A model generated the notes under the pieces. It did no database searches, was not told the origin of the DNA, and was given only the letters and a program-made list of their open reading frames with translations. A stretch of DNA of 64,000 nucleotides from Okamejei kenojei (taxonomy: Eukaryota): assembly GCA_035221665.1 (NCBI GenBank), contig CM069154.1:31062001-31126000 (forward strand), read 5' to 3'. The position numbers were made by a program, and so were the translations under genes. Each line of letters starts with the position of its first letter. Position 1 is the stretch's first letter. Shown piece by piece: positions 1-13,649 of this stretch.

Positions 1-888
1 GGTTGAGTTATCTCTCAACACATACCCTCATTCAACATCAATAAGACCAAGGAAATGATTGTTGATTTCAGGAGGGGGAACTCAGGAGAACATGTGCCAG
101 TTTTCATTGTGTAGGAAGGAACTGCAGATGCTGGCTTACATCGAAGGTAAAAACAAAATCCTGGTGTAACTCAGCGGGTCAGGCAGCATCTCTAGAGAAA
201 AGGAATAGTTGACGTTTCAGGTCGAGACCCTTCTTCAGACAGTTCTTCAGCAGTGAAGAGAGTTAGCAGCTTCAAATTCCTGAGTATTTACTCCCTGGAT
301 GTCCTCTCCTGGGCCCAACACGTAAATGCAATCACGAAAGTGGCACTCCAGCGCCTCTATATCTTTTTTACAAGTTTGAAGAACTTTGGCGTGTCACCAA
401 ACACTAATAAACATCTATAGATGCATTGGTTGCATCAAGGCTATTCCACCACATAGGAAATTAAGAGGCTGCAGAGTGTGGTGGATTCAGCCTGGAATAT
501 CATGGGCATGGTCCTCCCCACCATCTCCATGTGGCACTGCCTCAAGGAGGCAGCATCAAGGATCCCCAACATCCTGGCCATGCCCTCTTCTCACTGCTAC
601 CCATGGGCAAGGAGTACAGAAACCACAAATCCCACACAACTAGGATCAGAAACAGCTACTTTCCTACAACCATCAGGTTATTTAACCACTTTGCAAAACT
701 CTTATCCCATATCTGCAACGGAACTTATCGACTGCCTCTTGTACTACCATGGACTTGATTTTCTAATTGTGTTTTATACTGTCTTTTTCCTCACACTTTG
801 TAGAATTTATAAAATGTATGTGTTATCCGAGTCTGTGATGCTGATATTTCACCATACTTGTGCATAGGGCAATAAACTTGACTTGACT
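1..888 (+). mobile_element. Rex1/Babar-type LINE 3' fragment, degenerate, interrupted by a Penelope-derived repeat at ~110-243
   Basis: Peptides NINKTKEMIVDFRR, RVSSFKFL and IKDPQHPGHALFSLLP.G..YR...TTR.RNSYFPTTIRL; tail aataaacttgacttgact. Confidence 0.85.
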
Positions 889-959
889 AAAAATCTTCCT
901 GCTGTTTTCCCTGGTGTCAGGGTGCAGACCGAGACCAGGAGGACTTAAAGTAGAAAAAT

Positions 960-3900
960 ATATTTTAATGGCCACCTTGGTGTCATCATTCACATAAAAA
1001 ATACTCCTGATAATGAAAGATATGTTATTTACAATTTTTAAATGCTTGGTGTACGATCAGCAATAAATGTTTTGCCAGGAAGAAATAATAGCGACAGCTT
1101 ATCCTTCTGGTTTTAGCAAAAAGTATATCAGCAAAACACAATTATGGAAACAAGGTTAACGTCTTTGCACAACGGGGAAGTTTGGTAATGGGTACTATGT
1201 CAGATTCATATAATAGGGTTTGTAACAGATTCTGATACATTTACATTGAACGTGCTCTTCAAATAGGGACAGAGTAAATTTGCAGGTTGCATGATTTATT
1301 TGTATTCAACTTCGCATGATGACGTCATTGAAGATTCTATGAAAGTTTCACTTGTGGAACAACTGGTCTAGGACATGTGGATGAGTACTGTATGAGATCC
1401 AGAATTACCCAAATTATGTTAACAATTTGAGGGCGGGCGGTCTTTAAAAGGGCTAAAAATCAATATTTAGATGTTGAATACATCAAAACCCCCATTTTTG
1501 ACTGTTTTCAATCAGATCTAGACACGATTTACATGAGGCTGGACCATCAAGCTCTATTTCGACTCAAAGCTCTAATGTCATGAAATCCACAAGCATGAAG
1601 GGTGGAAAATACAACTTGAAGCCAGTTAAAAAGAAAATAACGTTGCCTTGTCTTGCATGCAATCCTGGAAAGTAAAATGATCATCAGTAACATCTCGAGA
1701 TGTCCACCACACTGTCAACTTTTAAATGGGTTGCCCAGGCTCTGTGGGACTCCAGATGGGACCTAATTTAGCCATTAAAGAACAAGACTTTTAAAGTGAT
1801 CCACTTAAAATGTGGATCACTTTAAAATACACAATTCCAGTAAATTTTAACGTAAACTATAGTCTGCATAAGTATTAAAACTGATATAAACATTTGCTGA
1901 AACAAAATTGGAACAGGTTAATGCACAATTAATTAACAATGAAGACTAGAAAAAATGATGGTGCCCAAGGATGAATTTTGAAAACTGTCCATTCGCTCCA
2001 GAAAATTAATTCTATCTTAAATCGGGCAACTTAAAAGATCAGTCCCTCAATGCAATTTGTCCCTCAATTTGATTAAAAAAAGGTTTTGAGTTAATTAATT
2101 AAATCAGCCATTTTTCAAACCCTCTCACCATTCGCATCACCCAGTCATGACACTTGTGCACATTAAATATTACTTCTCTTGTAAGCACAAAAGCACTTCT
2201 TTTCTGAAATACATTTTATATTTGGTGCTAGGAATCACAGCAAATATAACTGGAGGTAAAATCCTGATCCATTGGTTGATATAATCAACCCTTTTATTGT
2301 ACTGTATGGTGAACAATGAATTTCAATACCTCACAGCAGACCAGAGTTTATTTTACTTTAGGCAAATATAAATCTAAAAGGTGATTCTAATAAGCACATC
2401 AGAAGAATGACCTTGTATCTGCATAAAACTCGATCTTACGCAAGCTGCACATTATGTATAATACAGTACTTCCAACCTTAGAACCAAAAGCATCACAAGA
2501 ATTTAATACACTTATTGTATTATCAGAGCAGTAAGAGACTCACATTTAATAGAAGCATCTGCAAAGGTGACAATGTGTTTAGTTATTTTCATTTACATAC
2601 AATAGCTGTACAATGTAATTTCAAACCTGAACTCAGTGGTCTATTTAACCATAAAATACAGATGTGTTTACAAGCTTTAAATAATGTGCACATTTTCCCA
2701 CATGTGCATTCCCCAACATGTGACAAAAATGTTCAAATTATAACACTAAATGATATCTAATAATATATTCATAGTTTAAAAGGCCACCAACAGCTGCATA
2801 TTGTAAAATCCCAGCAGGATGAACCCTCCTGTGAAGATCTCTTATGCACATAATCTTAATGCAGTAGAAAGGACTGTTAATAATTTAGTCCTTTTGCATT
2901 CAATTCAGCAGCCATATTACTGCAAGGTCCATTTTACACAGGATTTAAAAAATAAAAACCACCCGATGCATTTTTAGTAACCTGTAGGCTTGATTAAGGT
3001 AAACAAAAACACAAAACTGACGGCCTTTTTGGTACCATTGAGAATGTATATATACACACGCACGCACGCACACACACACAGATTTCAGTACCCTAGTGGC
3101 ATCGTCTAAACTAGACATTTTAGCCATGGAAAAGCACTCTACAAATACTAGATTTGTTTGTGAATTCCATCAGTTTAAGGACTATACCATGGGTTTGGGA
3201 ATGGATCCTTTCCCTGAACTCCATTATTTAAAGAGGTGGTCTTTAGAAAAGTACCATTTTGCTTTACACTTCTGTAGCAGTAGTACATCGGAGATAGTAT
3301 ATTGCTCGGCATGCAATGAAATGATAAAAAAACATTTGAGCCTGTAAAGTTGTAATATTCCGAGTGTATAGGCAAGAGCAAAAATAATTCTCAAAGTCTG
3401 ACCTAAAACTAGCTTTGTGTGACATGAGATGAAGCACAAGAAAGTGTCAAGTGTCAAAAGAAAATTGCAAAACCAGCAAGCACGTTTTAATGCATCTATG
3501 AGGTTGTCCCAGTAAGCAACCGTAATCTGAATCAAATATTTTTTTCATCATCTGATGGAATAAACATTGATCCAAGAGGGGTTAGCTGGGCAAAAATAGG
3601 CAAAGACTGGTAGCCATCCAACATCGCTTCACATATTTTACTTCAGCAAGAGACAAAGACTAACGACCATCTTAAAGATTTGAATACAAAACTAAAAAAG
3701 GGTATTCGCGCTGACAAAAAAGGTAAACAAAATAAAGTGAAAGGAGGCAGCTGAATCGTACACGAGCATCATGTTAAAATAATAAAACAGCATATTGCAC
3801 ATAGGGTTAATACTTTCTGCACCATACAGTCTAGCTGATGGGGTTTTTAAAAAACTTTAAAAGGAACAAGCCTTGTTCTGCAGTGATTTTAATTGCTGTG

Positions 3901-4320
3901 CAAAGTGAATACTGCATAACAGAAATATTTGCCAACACACAGCCGACTAATTGTGGGGCGCTGTTAATGTGATTGACCAGGCTTGATAGTGAAAGGCAAT
4001 GCTCATAATCATTCTGAAACACTACAGGACGTGGCTCAATTGTGATAAGCTGCAAGTGTTCTCTTAACAACTATGGACTTGTGGTGTTTGTTTTCTTTCA
4101 AAAGTTAGCATTTCTCTCCCTAAATGGATCACTAAAGACCTTGTAATTGCAGAGTTGAATCATAACCTGAATGAACCTTCAGACATCAAATGGCTGGAGA
4201 AAGCCTTGAGCAGTTAAGCTCTTCCCATTCTAGAGGAAACTATTGTGATGGCTCTTTTGTAGAACAAGTAGGCTCATTGTTGGTTTTACTTTCCTTGCCT
4301 CTTGCTTAGAAGGACATCCT
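960..4320 (-). other. PPP1R12B: Putative long 3' UTR of PPP1R12B
   Basis: Repeat-poor AU-rich sequence after the stop codon. Minus-strand AATAAA at 2347-2352, 2293-2298 and 1295-1300, and ATTAAA at 964-969. The true end cannot be determined from sequence. Confidence 0.5.
3047..3080. repeat. Alternating purine-pyrimidine microsatellite (TA/CA/CG) in the putative 3' UTR
   Basis: tatatatacacacgcacgcacgcacacacacaca. Confidence 0.9.
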
Positions 4321-4407
4321 TCATTTTGACAATTTACTTATAACACGGATTAGGGCTCCATTCTCATCTTTCAGCCTTTGGTTGTCGGATTTCAAGTCTG
4401 TCAAAAC
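4321..4407 (-). CDS. PPP1R12B: MYPT2 last coding exon (leucine zipper, PKG-I interaction region): [28 protein letters not shown]
   Basis: Acceptor ttctctttgcag| and TGA at 4323-4321. VLTxLKSDNQ is MYPT2-type (MYPT1 has MLPDLKADNQ). Confidence 0.97.
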   Translation of the reverse strand, partial: VLTDLKSDNQRLKDENGALIRVISKLSK

Positions 4408-4909
4408 CTGCAAAGAGAAGGCAGAGATTCTTTTAAAAAGAGGCAGAGCGATACACAACCAATTCAGACATAACCTCGACCCAAAATGTTTACTTCTTCT
4501 CTTCGCAGAGATGCAGTCTGACCTGCAGAATATTTCCAGCATTTTGTTTTTAAAGCTCTGGATTCCAGCATCTGCACAATTTGGTGTCGCCATTTTGTCT
4601 TTATTGTGAAAGATAAGCATAGTCTGTAGATACAAGTTCCATTAATAATAAACAAGCATCAACCTTCCACTGATTACCTGTGCATTCTCTTGATATTATA
4701 GTGTTCAATTTAATCCCATTGTAAAGATGAGTAAGATTACAAGGACGCCAACAATAGACCACAAGTTCATATTCACATGCAGTTGTGTTGAAACTAACAG
4801 CCATTAACCCAGACTAAAATAGATGCTGATTATCCAGATGATTAACATCAATGCCTATTGGAAACAAATAGCAAACGCTGGAAGTGGTGGTCAAGCAGAG
4901 CAATCTCAT

Positions 4910-5210
4910 TTAGACTTTAGAGATACAGCGTAGAAACAGGCCCTTCGGCCCACTGAGTCTGTGCCGACCAGTGATTACCCAGTATACTAGCAATATCCTA
5001 CCTACCAGGGACAATTTACAATTTTTCCGAAGGCAATTAACCTACAAACTTGTACGTCTTTGGAGTGTGGGTGGAAACCAGAGCAGCCGGCGAAAACCCA
5101 CGCGGTCACAGGGAAAACGTACAAACTACGTGTGGACAGCACACACGGTCAGGATCGAACCCGGGTCTCTGGTGCTGCAAGGAAGGAGCTCTATCGTTAC
5201 ACCACTGCAG
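4910..5210 (-). mobile_element. V-SINE (HE1-like)
   Basis: Reverse complement of the 43520 family. Confidence 0.9.
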
Positions 5211-6357
5211 TTGAAGAGCAGTTTGTGTTTCAAAAACAATATGTGATTCTCATAACATGTAAACAAAAGTGGGATAAAAATACATCAGAATTGCCGTTTA
5301 CAAAAAAGTTAACAAGATTTCAAATATTGTTTAAAAAAAATTGAAGACAAGCAATATTTTTCAACTCCATTTTAGTCAATTATAGACTCAACAATTTAAA
5401 GTAGTTGTCCTAATAAGACATTTTGGAGCACTGCCATTTTGAGAGAAAACTGGGGGAGGCTCTTTTGGTAGGAGCCTTAAGTTCTTATTAGGAATGGTAT
5501 TTTATCACAATGAGCAAAGGCACAACAACATATCTTCTGCCCGATCAAACCAAATCTTTTCCATTGCCCTTCGAACAAGCAGTAAATTGAAATATGTCAA
5601 GAAATAATTTGGACAATATGCATGAACTATTAAAATGTTACGATTTTTAAAATTTGGTGTATATACAAGCTTTAGGTTGCCATTCAAAATGAAAATCTGC
5701 TGCTTAAGCACTGCAAAATTAACGTAGTTGGCAAAGACTACTCGTTAAACTAAAAGGGCAGGATGATACAGTAGCAGCAGGAGGGCACAACTTTTAACTG
5801 ATGAAGTTACTATTTGAAAGCACTTTGGATTTGAAATGAAAATAACCCCTCCTTTGATATTGAGGAAAAAAAAATCATCCAAGTGTAACATACAACAGAT
5901 ACATTTATGGAGACAAGAGGCTGGGGGCATCAGGATGGTGGAATCAGGAGCAGAAAACAAACAGCTGGAGGAACTTAGAAACTCAAGCAGCATCTGGATG
6001 GGGGAGACATTTTCAATGTTTCGGGTTGGAACTCTACATCAGCGCTGAGAGTGGAGAGGAAAGATAGTTGGTATAAAGAGGGGGAGGGATGAGATAGGGG
6101 CCAATAGGTGTTGTGATGGGTGGACAGAGCTGGTGATAATGTGCAGATGAGGCCGGGTGGGCAAGTGTAAATATGAGACAGAGGTAGGGGGTATTAGATG
6201 GAAAAAGACAAGGAGGAATTAAAAGAGGGATATGGAAGCAGGTGAGGGAGGGAGGGATAAAGGTGGGGACAGTTGCTATCTACAGAGCTGGAATCTGACA
6301 AGCAAAGAAAGTTATAATGGGAACCGAAGTAAGAGCTGAAGGGTGAGCTCAAGGGCA

Positions 6358-7410
6358 GATAGTCATACAGAGTGGAAACAGGCCCTTCGTCCCACTTGCC
6401 CACATAGACCAACATGCCCCATCTACACTAGTCCAATCTGGCAGATTTTGGCCCTTTTCCCTCTAAACCTACCCTATCAATGTACTTGACTAAATGTTTC
6501 TTAAATGTTGCAATAGTACCTGCCTCAACTACCTCTTATGGGAACTTATTCCACAAGACTCACCACCCTTTGTGTAAAAAAAAGTTACTACTCAGGTTTC
6601 TATTAAGTCTTTTCTACCTCACCTTAAACCACTCTGGTTCTCAAATCCCCTACTCTGGGAATTTACCCGGGCTATTCATCTCATGATTTTGTATACCTCT
6701 ATAAGTTCACCCCTCATCCTCCTGAGCTCCAAGGCATAAAGTCCTAGCCTGCTCAACCCTTCCCTATAGCTCAGGCCCTCGAGACCTGGCAACATCCTCG
6801 TCAATCTTCTCTGTATCCTTTCCAGCTTGACAACATATTTCCTATAACATGGTGACCATTTTGGCCACCCTATCTATCTGTGATGCCACTTTCAAGGAAC
6901 TATATACCTGCACTCCAAGATCCCTCTGCTCTGCAATACTCCCCAGAGCCCTACCATTCACCATGTATGTCCTGCCCTTGTTAGACATCCCAAAAGTGCA
7001 ACACCTTACATTTCTCTGTATTAAATTCATCTACCATTCCTCAGCCCATCTGATCAAGATCATGCTGCAATTTCTGACAATCATCTTCACTATCTACAAT
7101 ATCACCCACTTTGGTGCTATCAGCAAACTTGCAATATATATATGCATCCAAATCATTAATATATATGAGAGACAGCAACGGGCCCAGCACCAAACTCCGA
7201 GGCATACCAATCCAAAAAACAACTTCCCACCAATGTAGCCAATTCGATGAAGCCAATTTTCTAGCTATTCAGTTATCTCTCCTTGGATCCCATGTGATCT
7301 AACCTCAGCCTACCATGCTGAACCATGTCGAAAGCCTTGCTGAAATCCATATATACACACAATGTCTATAGCTGAGGCCTCAACCACCTTTTTGGTCACT
7401 TCTTCAAAAA
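6358..7410 (-). mobile_element. CR1-clade LINE fragment, degenerate
   Basis: VLGPLL..IYINDLD...KFADSTKVG and EQRDLGVQV; CR1-type 3' end. Confidence 0.9.
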
Positions 7411-9959
7411 ACGATGCTAAGAAGTTATTTTGCTGACTGGATCATTAGTGTTTGATTTGCAAAATAACAAAAACATCTTGTTCATAATGCAAAGAGGCAT
7501 TATACAAAGTACTATGCTACAGAGTGAAGGATCATTGCTCAAAGTCATGGAATATAACTATCAAACAGCCCTCCCATCTATTACAGTTCTAGAAAATGTT
7601 TGCACTGACATTGACCAAATATTGTAATTTATTTCTGTATGGCATGTATTCTCTCAGCGGCATATGAATGAGACGCATCATACATAAAGATAAATATGTT
7701 TGGATGGAAATATCAACTTAATTTCTCATGTGGTAGCAAACAGCAAGTAAAAACAATGCAATTTACTGTTAGATTATATCAATCCACTTTTGACTGAGTC
7801 AAAATCGGAACATGTGTTTGTACACAGATCATTGCAGAAGGTATAGTTTAAGTTATAGTCAATATTGTGGGAATATCACTGTTTTAATTCAACCTTGTCA
7901 CACCTGATCTGGATATGTAGCTGTTGCCATTCAATATGGTAAAAGTGTTTGCACCACTGGAATTCTTCAGCTGAGGAACAATTTTCTTTTGGAAATAGGG
8001 TTCTTAATCCAAGGGGAAGGGTTTCCAATGATGTTCAGATTTGCAACTTTATTATGACAGAATTTTGCAGTAGATACATTGTGCAGAAGTAAAAGTAAAC
8101 TCATCATACTAAAAGATTCCAAAAAGAACACATGTTTAGCTACATACTTCAAAGCAGTGAAAATGGCCAACCCACACAATGGATACAGATGTTCTCACAA
8201 TCTGCACCATGCTTTTGGATTGAATTCTTATTATCTTGAACACTGATCAGATTCTGGCTTTACTTCCTTTTAAATTTTGAATGATAATAACTGAAGTTAC
8301 CGATGGGCCTCATTGGGTTATTTCTTAGCACCACATATGTAACGAATAAAATGAGAAAGCAATCAGTATATACCGAGATACCCCCAAAAAAAGCACAAAA
8401 TATGGATCATATTTTTTAGGAATTTGTGATCTTGTATCTTGGTTTCTATATACATTAATAGCTTTGTTCTCTGCTCCAAATATCCGAAATCAACGTAGTT
8501 CAAAAGTATACTAAGATAAAAAGGAATGCAAACAAACTGCTAATAAAACAGACTTCTGTTAAAAACAAAATCACGTTGCAAAAGGGATCTGACAGAGGTC
8601 ACGATAAACATTAACGTGTGGGGTTCAGTCACACGGATGTACTAATTAAGGCTTTAGACCTTGTTTAATCATAATTTGCTGTTTTTGTCATCTGACCTCT
8701 GAATTCTGTAGCATTTAAATCTTTAAATGACTGCTGTTAAGTCGGAATAAAATGCCCCAAACAATGTTTTAACGGAAGGTTCAGGCCAACAAGTCATCAA
8801 TCCGCAACACTTTCTCTGGGTGCATCAACACTTCTACAATTAAATACTGAAATGTTCTGTGGATAAAAAATGTTTTCACATAAGCAAAAAAGAAGAGTGG
8901 TGAATTTCTAATTTCTAAAGTAAATGTCGGAGGAATTATTAATTATGAAATAACCTTCTATGTTTAACAATCTAGGAACGTCAAATAGGTTAGCTAAAGT
9001 ACATAGCTCAACAACAAATCAATCTGCATCTCGGTCTATTTGGCTTTGAAGAATGAAGACTATTTCTGAAATTTGATTTTAAAGCAACTTTGTATCATAG
9101 TATTCATTTAATATTTATCTATATCTAGAACTCAGACTTTCAAAATCAGTTTGAGGGAACATTAAAGCAATTCTGGATTCAACAAATAACTTTATTCTGG
9201 TTCAATGATTTGGTAGTTCTTTTCATCACAAATGTTCCTAATGCACGAAGGACAAACTGTTTCATTTAGGAAATTTAACATTGTTGCCACATAGAAAATG
9301 TTGCATGGTTAAATGTTACATTGGAATTCAAAACAAAAACTATTTTTGAAACTGCAAGAACTTTTGGGAATGACAGTACATATGAATTACCCTAGAGAAT
9401 TAGGAGATTTAGATAATGACTAACAGATGTTTATAGAACTGAAATTTCTTTGAATCAAATATCCATGATGTAGAAAATCTATTGGCCATGACCTGTAGTT
9501 GGTAAAATGGCAAAACTGTCAGTGTTCACCATCATTACCCCACAAAACAAACACATCTCACACTTCAGGGAAGGAAATTTGTCATCTTTGCTGCAACTCC
9601 AGATCAACCAAGGTGCTGATTCTTAATTTATCTCTGAAATGACCTAAACAAGCCACACAACGTACAACATTGCTGCAGAAACAATAATATCAGACGGATC
9701 ACCAGGCATTGATCAAAGCAACAAATTTAGGCAGGGTGAAGCATTTTGCAGCCCAGTCAAAAAATGTAAAATCCTTCTCGCAAATACCTGGGGTTCTGGC
9801 ACCTAAATTGGAAGGGGTTCCCACTGTTGTACTGAAGACAGGCATGCTAGAATTGACTGTGCCATTCCGTTACAATTCTGAAATTTATTTGACAATGTTA
9901 GAAATTACACAGGTATGCCTTGCTCACAAAGAAAGAAGTCTAATCATTCGAATTACTAC

Positions 9960-10825
9960 CAAACCAGTCTACTCTCAAGCATCCCATGTGGTCACAGGGG
10001 GAACGCGTAAACTCCACGCAGACAGCACCCAATGTCAGGAATGAACCCGGGTCTCTGGCTCTGTGAGGCAGTGGCTCTACCAGCTGCATCACTGTAAGAA
10101 AATCCAGATATTGTGCATCTTGACAGGATGCCCTGTTGCACCTTCTGTCATGAACTAGAATCACCTGTGTGAGATCTTGTTTTATGGCCAGTATATTTCA
10201 GGGTGGCATGGTAGCACAGTGGCAGTGTAGCTGCCTTACAGAGCGAGAGATCTGGGTCCAATCATAATCATGGGTGCAGTCTGTATAGAGTTTGTACTTT
10301 CTCCCTGTGACTGTGCGGGTTTTCCCCAGGTCTTCTGGTTTCCTCCCACACTGCAAAGACGTACAGATTTGGTTAAATGGCTTTGGTAAAGATTGTAAAT
10401 TGCCCTTAGTGTGTAGAATATTGCTAGGGATCGCTTTTTGTTATAAAAAAAAACATTTTACTCTCTGGTTTGATATCCAAGAGAATCTTCAATGCTCCCA
10501 AATGCTTGATGAAATTACTGTTGCTATAATATTAGTTTAGAGATACAGTGCGGAAACAGGCCCTTCACCCCACGGAGTCCGTACTGACCTGCAATCCCCA
10601 TACATTAACACTATCTTACACACACTCACGACAATTTACATTTCTGCCAAGCCAATTAACCTACAAACCTGTACGTCTTTGGAGTATGGGAGGAAAGATC
10701 TCGGAGAAAACCCACGCAGCCACGGGGTTAAGGTCCAAAGTCCGTACAGATAGCACCCGTAGTCTGGATGGAACCCGGGTCTCTGATGCTGAAAGCGCTG
10801 TAAGGCAGTAACTATACCGCCTCGC
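9960..10825. mobile_element. Cluster of three V-SINE copies (- ~9960-10095, + ~10200-10435, - ~10535-10825)
   Basis: Family motifs present in alternating orientation. Confidence 0.85.
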
Positions 10826-12130
10826 CCTTAATATTAATATACAGTAATAATTGTAATAATATATACTTTCACCATCCCAGAGGTATTCTAACACTAAAGC
10901 ATGATTGTAATTAATGCTGGAAAACTGGAATTAACACCTGAGCGTGCAAGATCCATATGGGCAACTTTCAAGTTCAAAGGTAAGTGCTGTTAATTTGTCA
11001 ACGGTTAGAAAATCCTCGTCATCAATATCAAACATTCAGCACCAGCTTTTAAATAACAACATGCAGCAGATGTATTCCCTCTATTGTCTTCAGACAAACC
11101 AGAGACACCTACAGTCTTCATTACCAAATTTAAAAGATCTTAAGGTCTGGATTCTCATAAATAATTGGTAATAGGAAGAAGTGACTGTAGTTCTTCTGGT
11201 TGGGAATGATTTTATTTTCTTCAATCCAAGTAGGTTAGGAAATGAGGCCGATGAGTTGCAGGCTGAGGAAGGTTAAAGGACAGTTTTATTGCTATCATCG
11301 AAGCACAGTTAAAAGAACAGCCAGTTCTCGGGCAATATTAAGATAGAGATTACAAAAGTGAGTCGCAAATTGATTAAAACAAAAACAATTCATGACTGAA
11401 GGCAGATGTGTTAGAAAGCGGAATAAATTAATTAACTCGTTGAAATGAGGAATTTAAAAGGTCAAACTTCTGAGGTGCATCATAAACCTACCAGAACTTC
11501 GTAGTGAGTTAGAAGAATGCAAATTAGAAGAAATATGTAAGCAAATTACTGAGCTGCAGGAAGGGGGATGGAAAGAGGGCTAAATGGTGGCATAGGTGCA
11601 AGGTAATTGACAGAAATAATATTTTTTCCTTGAGGTGGGGTGGTGGGGGGGTTGAGAAAATATCATATCACAGTAAAAATGCGTGGAGTATGGTACTTAC
11701 TGGGGAGGATGGTAGTGGAGAAGGAAAAAAATTACATTTACAACATGCATGGACGAACTCTTGCTGTGCTGTAGCCTAAATGACTGCAGACGAAGGGTTA
11801 GCAACAGATGAGTTATCTTGGCTGGCACGTATATGGGACCTCATTCTGTTCTTTAAATTTCTTCGATTTAATGACAGGCTAGATCTGAGGTGGTCAGAAA
11901 AAGGGGATGGGAGGTAGAATTTCTTAAACCATGGTTAGAAAAATAGTTCAAAGTGTATGATTTGCAATAGATTGCACTGTAATTTTACTTCTTAACAGAT
12001 GGTTCTTTTCAATGCACATTTATACTAGAATTGCAAACGGCTCTGCAAATTGAAACAGTACAGGGATAGCATTCAAATGGAAACACCTGTTTTTATATAG
12101 AAAGGTTTGGCCCTGGGGGAAGGGGGAATT

Positions 12131-12256
12131 AAAGTCTGCAAGTTCAGTCTCAAGCTCCTCTGAAGACCCAGAGGCATTTTCAATTGGCTGGGTCATGGGC
12201 TTATTTTCAGCTACCAGCAACTAGTTTAATTGCATCAGAGCAAGCAGCAGCTTTAT
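12131..12256 (-). pseudogene. PPP1R12B: Degenerate homologue of the MYPT2 isoform-B alternative terminal exon, with in-frame TAG
   Basis: Translates IKLLLALMQLN*LLVAENKPMTQPIENASGSSEELETEL and aligns without gaps to recalled human [39 protein letters not shown]. It lies in the expected (last) intron. Confidence 0.65.
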
Positions 12257-12504
12257 CTGGAATGTTCCATTAAGAACAGCACATAGGGATGAAAATGGAG
12301 ATATAAAAACAAACAAAATTTGGACAGCAATTTATGAGAGGACTTTGCAAATATTACACTTCGAATTCATATTTCCCTGCATCTTAAAACATAATGCCAG
12401 GGCAAAGTATACTGTTACTGATGAGACCATTAACAATATTGATATACACACAGATCCAAGTCCACTGCTTCTTGAAAGTAATAAGACAAGTGTTTTGCGC
12501 AGAA

Positions 12505-12865
12505 TGTCGGAGTGTGAGGGGACGTGTGATAGAAGTATATACAATTATGAGAGGTCAGATAGACAATGTCTTTCCAAAGGTAGAAACATCAAAGACTTGA
12601 AGTTTAGAGGGGCAAAGTTTAAGGGAGATGTCTGGGACAAGTTTTTTTAAAACCCAGAGAGGGATGAGTGGCTGGAATGCACTGCCAGAGGTGGTGGTGG
12701 TGAATGCAGGTACAATAATGGCATTTCAGATAGTCAGGGAATTGGTGCACAGGGAATAAAGGGATATGGATTGCATGCAGGCAGGCAGGCAGAGCAGGTT
12801 TGTTCAATTTGCCATAGATATTGCAGGCTGAAGAAGGGTTTGCTCCTCTGCTGCATTGTTCTGTG
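12505..12865 (+). mobile_element. CR1 3' fragment
   Basis: RG..IEVY.IMRG and ggaatgcactgccagaggtggtggtgg motif. Confidence 0.75.
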
Positions 12866-13649
12866 CCTACATCTTAATATTAAACCAAAACGTAGATGTC
12901 CCATAAAATGTAGAACTACTTAAAAATTTGAGGAACATTCCACAAACTATTCCAAACTTAATTTTCAAATCAAATAATACATTTGCATTTATAGCATCTG
13001 CAAGTCTGACAGAGCTTGATATGCTGGATGGAGTAATGGCCTTACACCAGATTGACGGGTTCCGTATGAGGGGGTCACAATCTCTAGATACGAGGCAAGA
13101 CATATAGGGCTGGGATGAGGAAGAATTGTTTCACTGACACAGTGGCAACCTTGCAGAATCTTTACCACTGAAGGATGTGGATGACATGTCTCTGAATGTA
13201 CTTCAGAAGGAGATAACTATAAAGGCATCATGCTTTGGCAGGAGACGGTAAGAATATGGCAGTGAAACAAAATATAAACCATAATTATATTAAATTTGAG
13301 CTATGTAAGATCAAAGGGCTGAACTGAACAGCTTTCTGTTTTTCTGTTTTTATATCTCTAAATAAAGAATCTAAAGATCAGGCAGGAGAGTGCAAGTGAG
13401 TTGATATTTTAAGTCAATGATCTGAAGACAAAAGAAAGCAAGTGCACTTTACGCTGCAGTGGTTTTGTGTAATCGTGCGCACCAAATGCATATTCTGAGC
13501 TGAAGAAATGCAAGTGACTTGCTGTTTCATCTGGAACAACAGTTGGGGTCTTTGATCAGATTGAGGAAACAAGACAAATGCTGCAGTCTCTTTTTTTTCT
13601 GATTTCCACCAAATGACGTGTTCTGGCTCCAACAGTTCTTTTATTTCTG

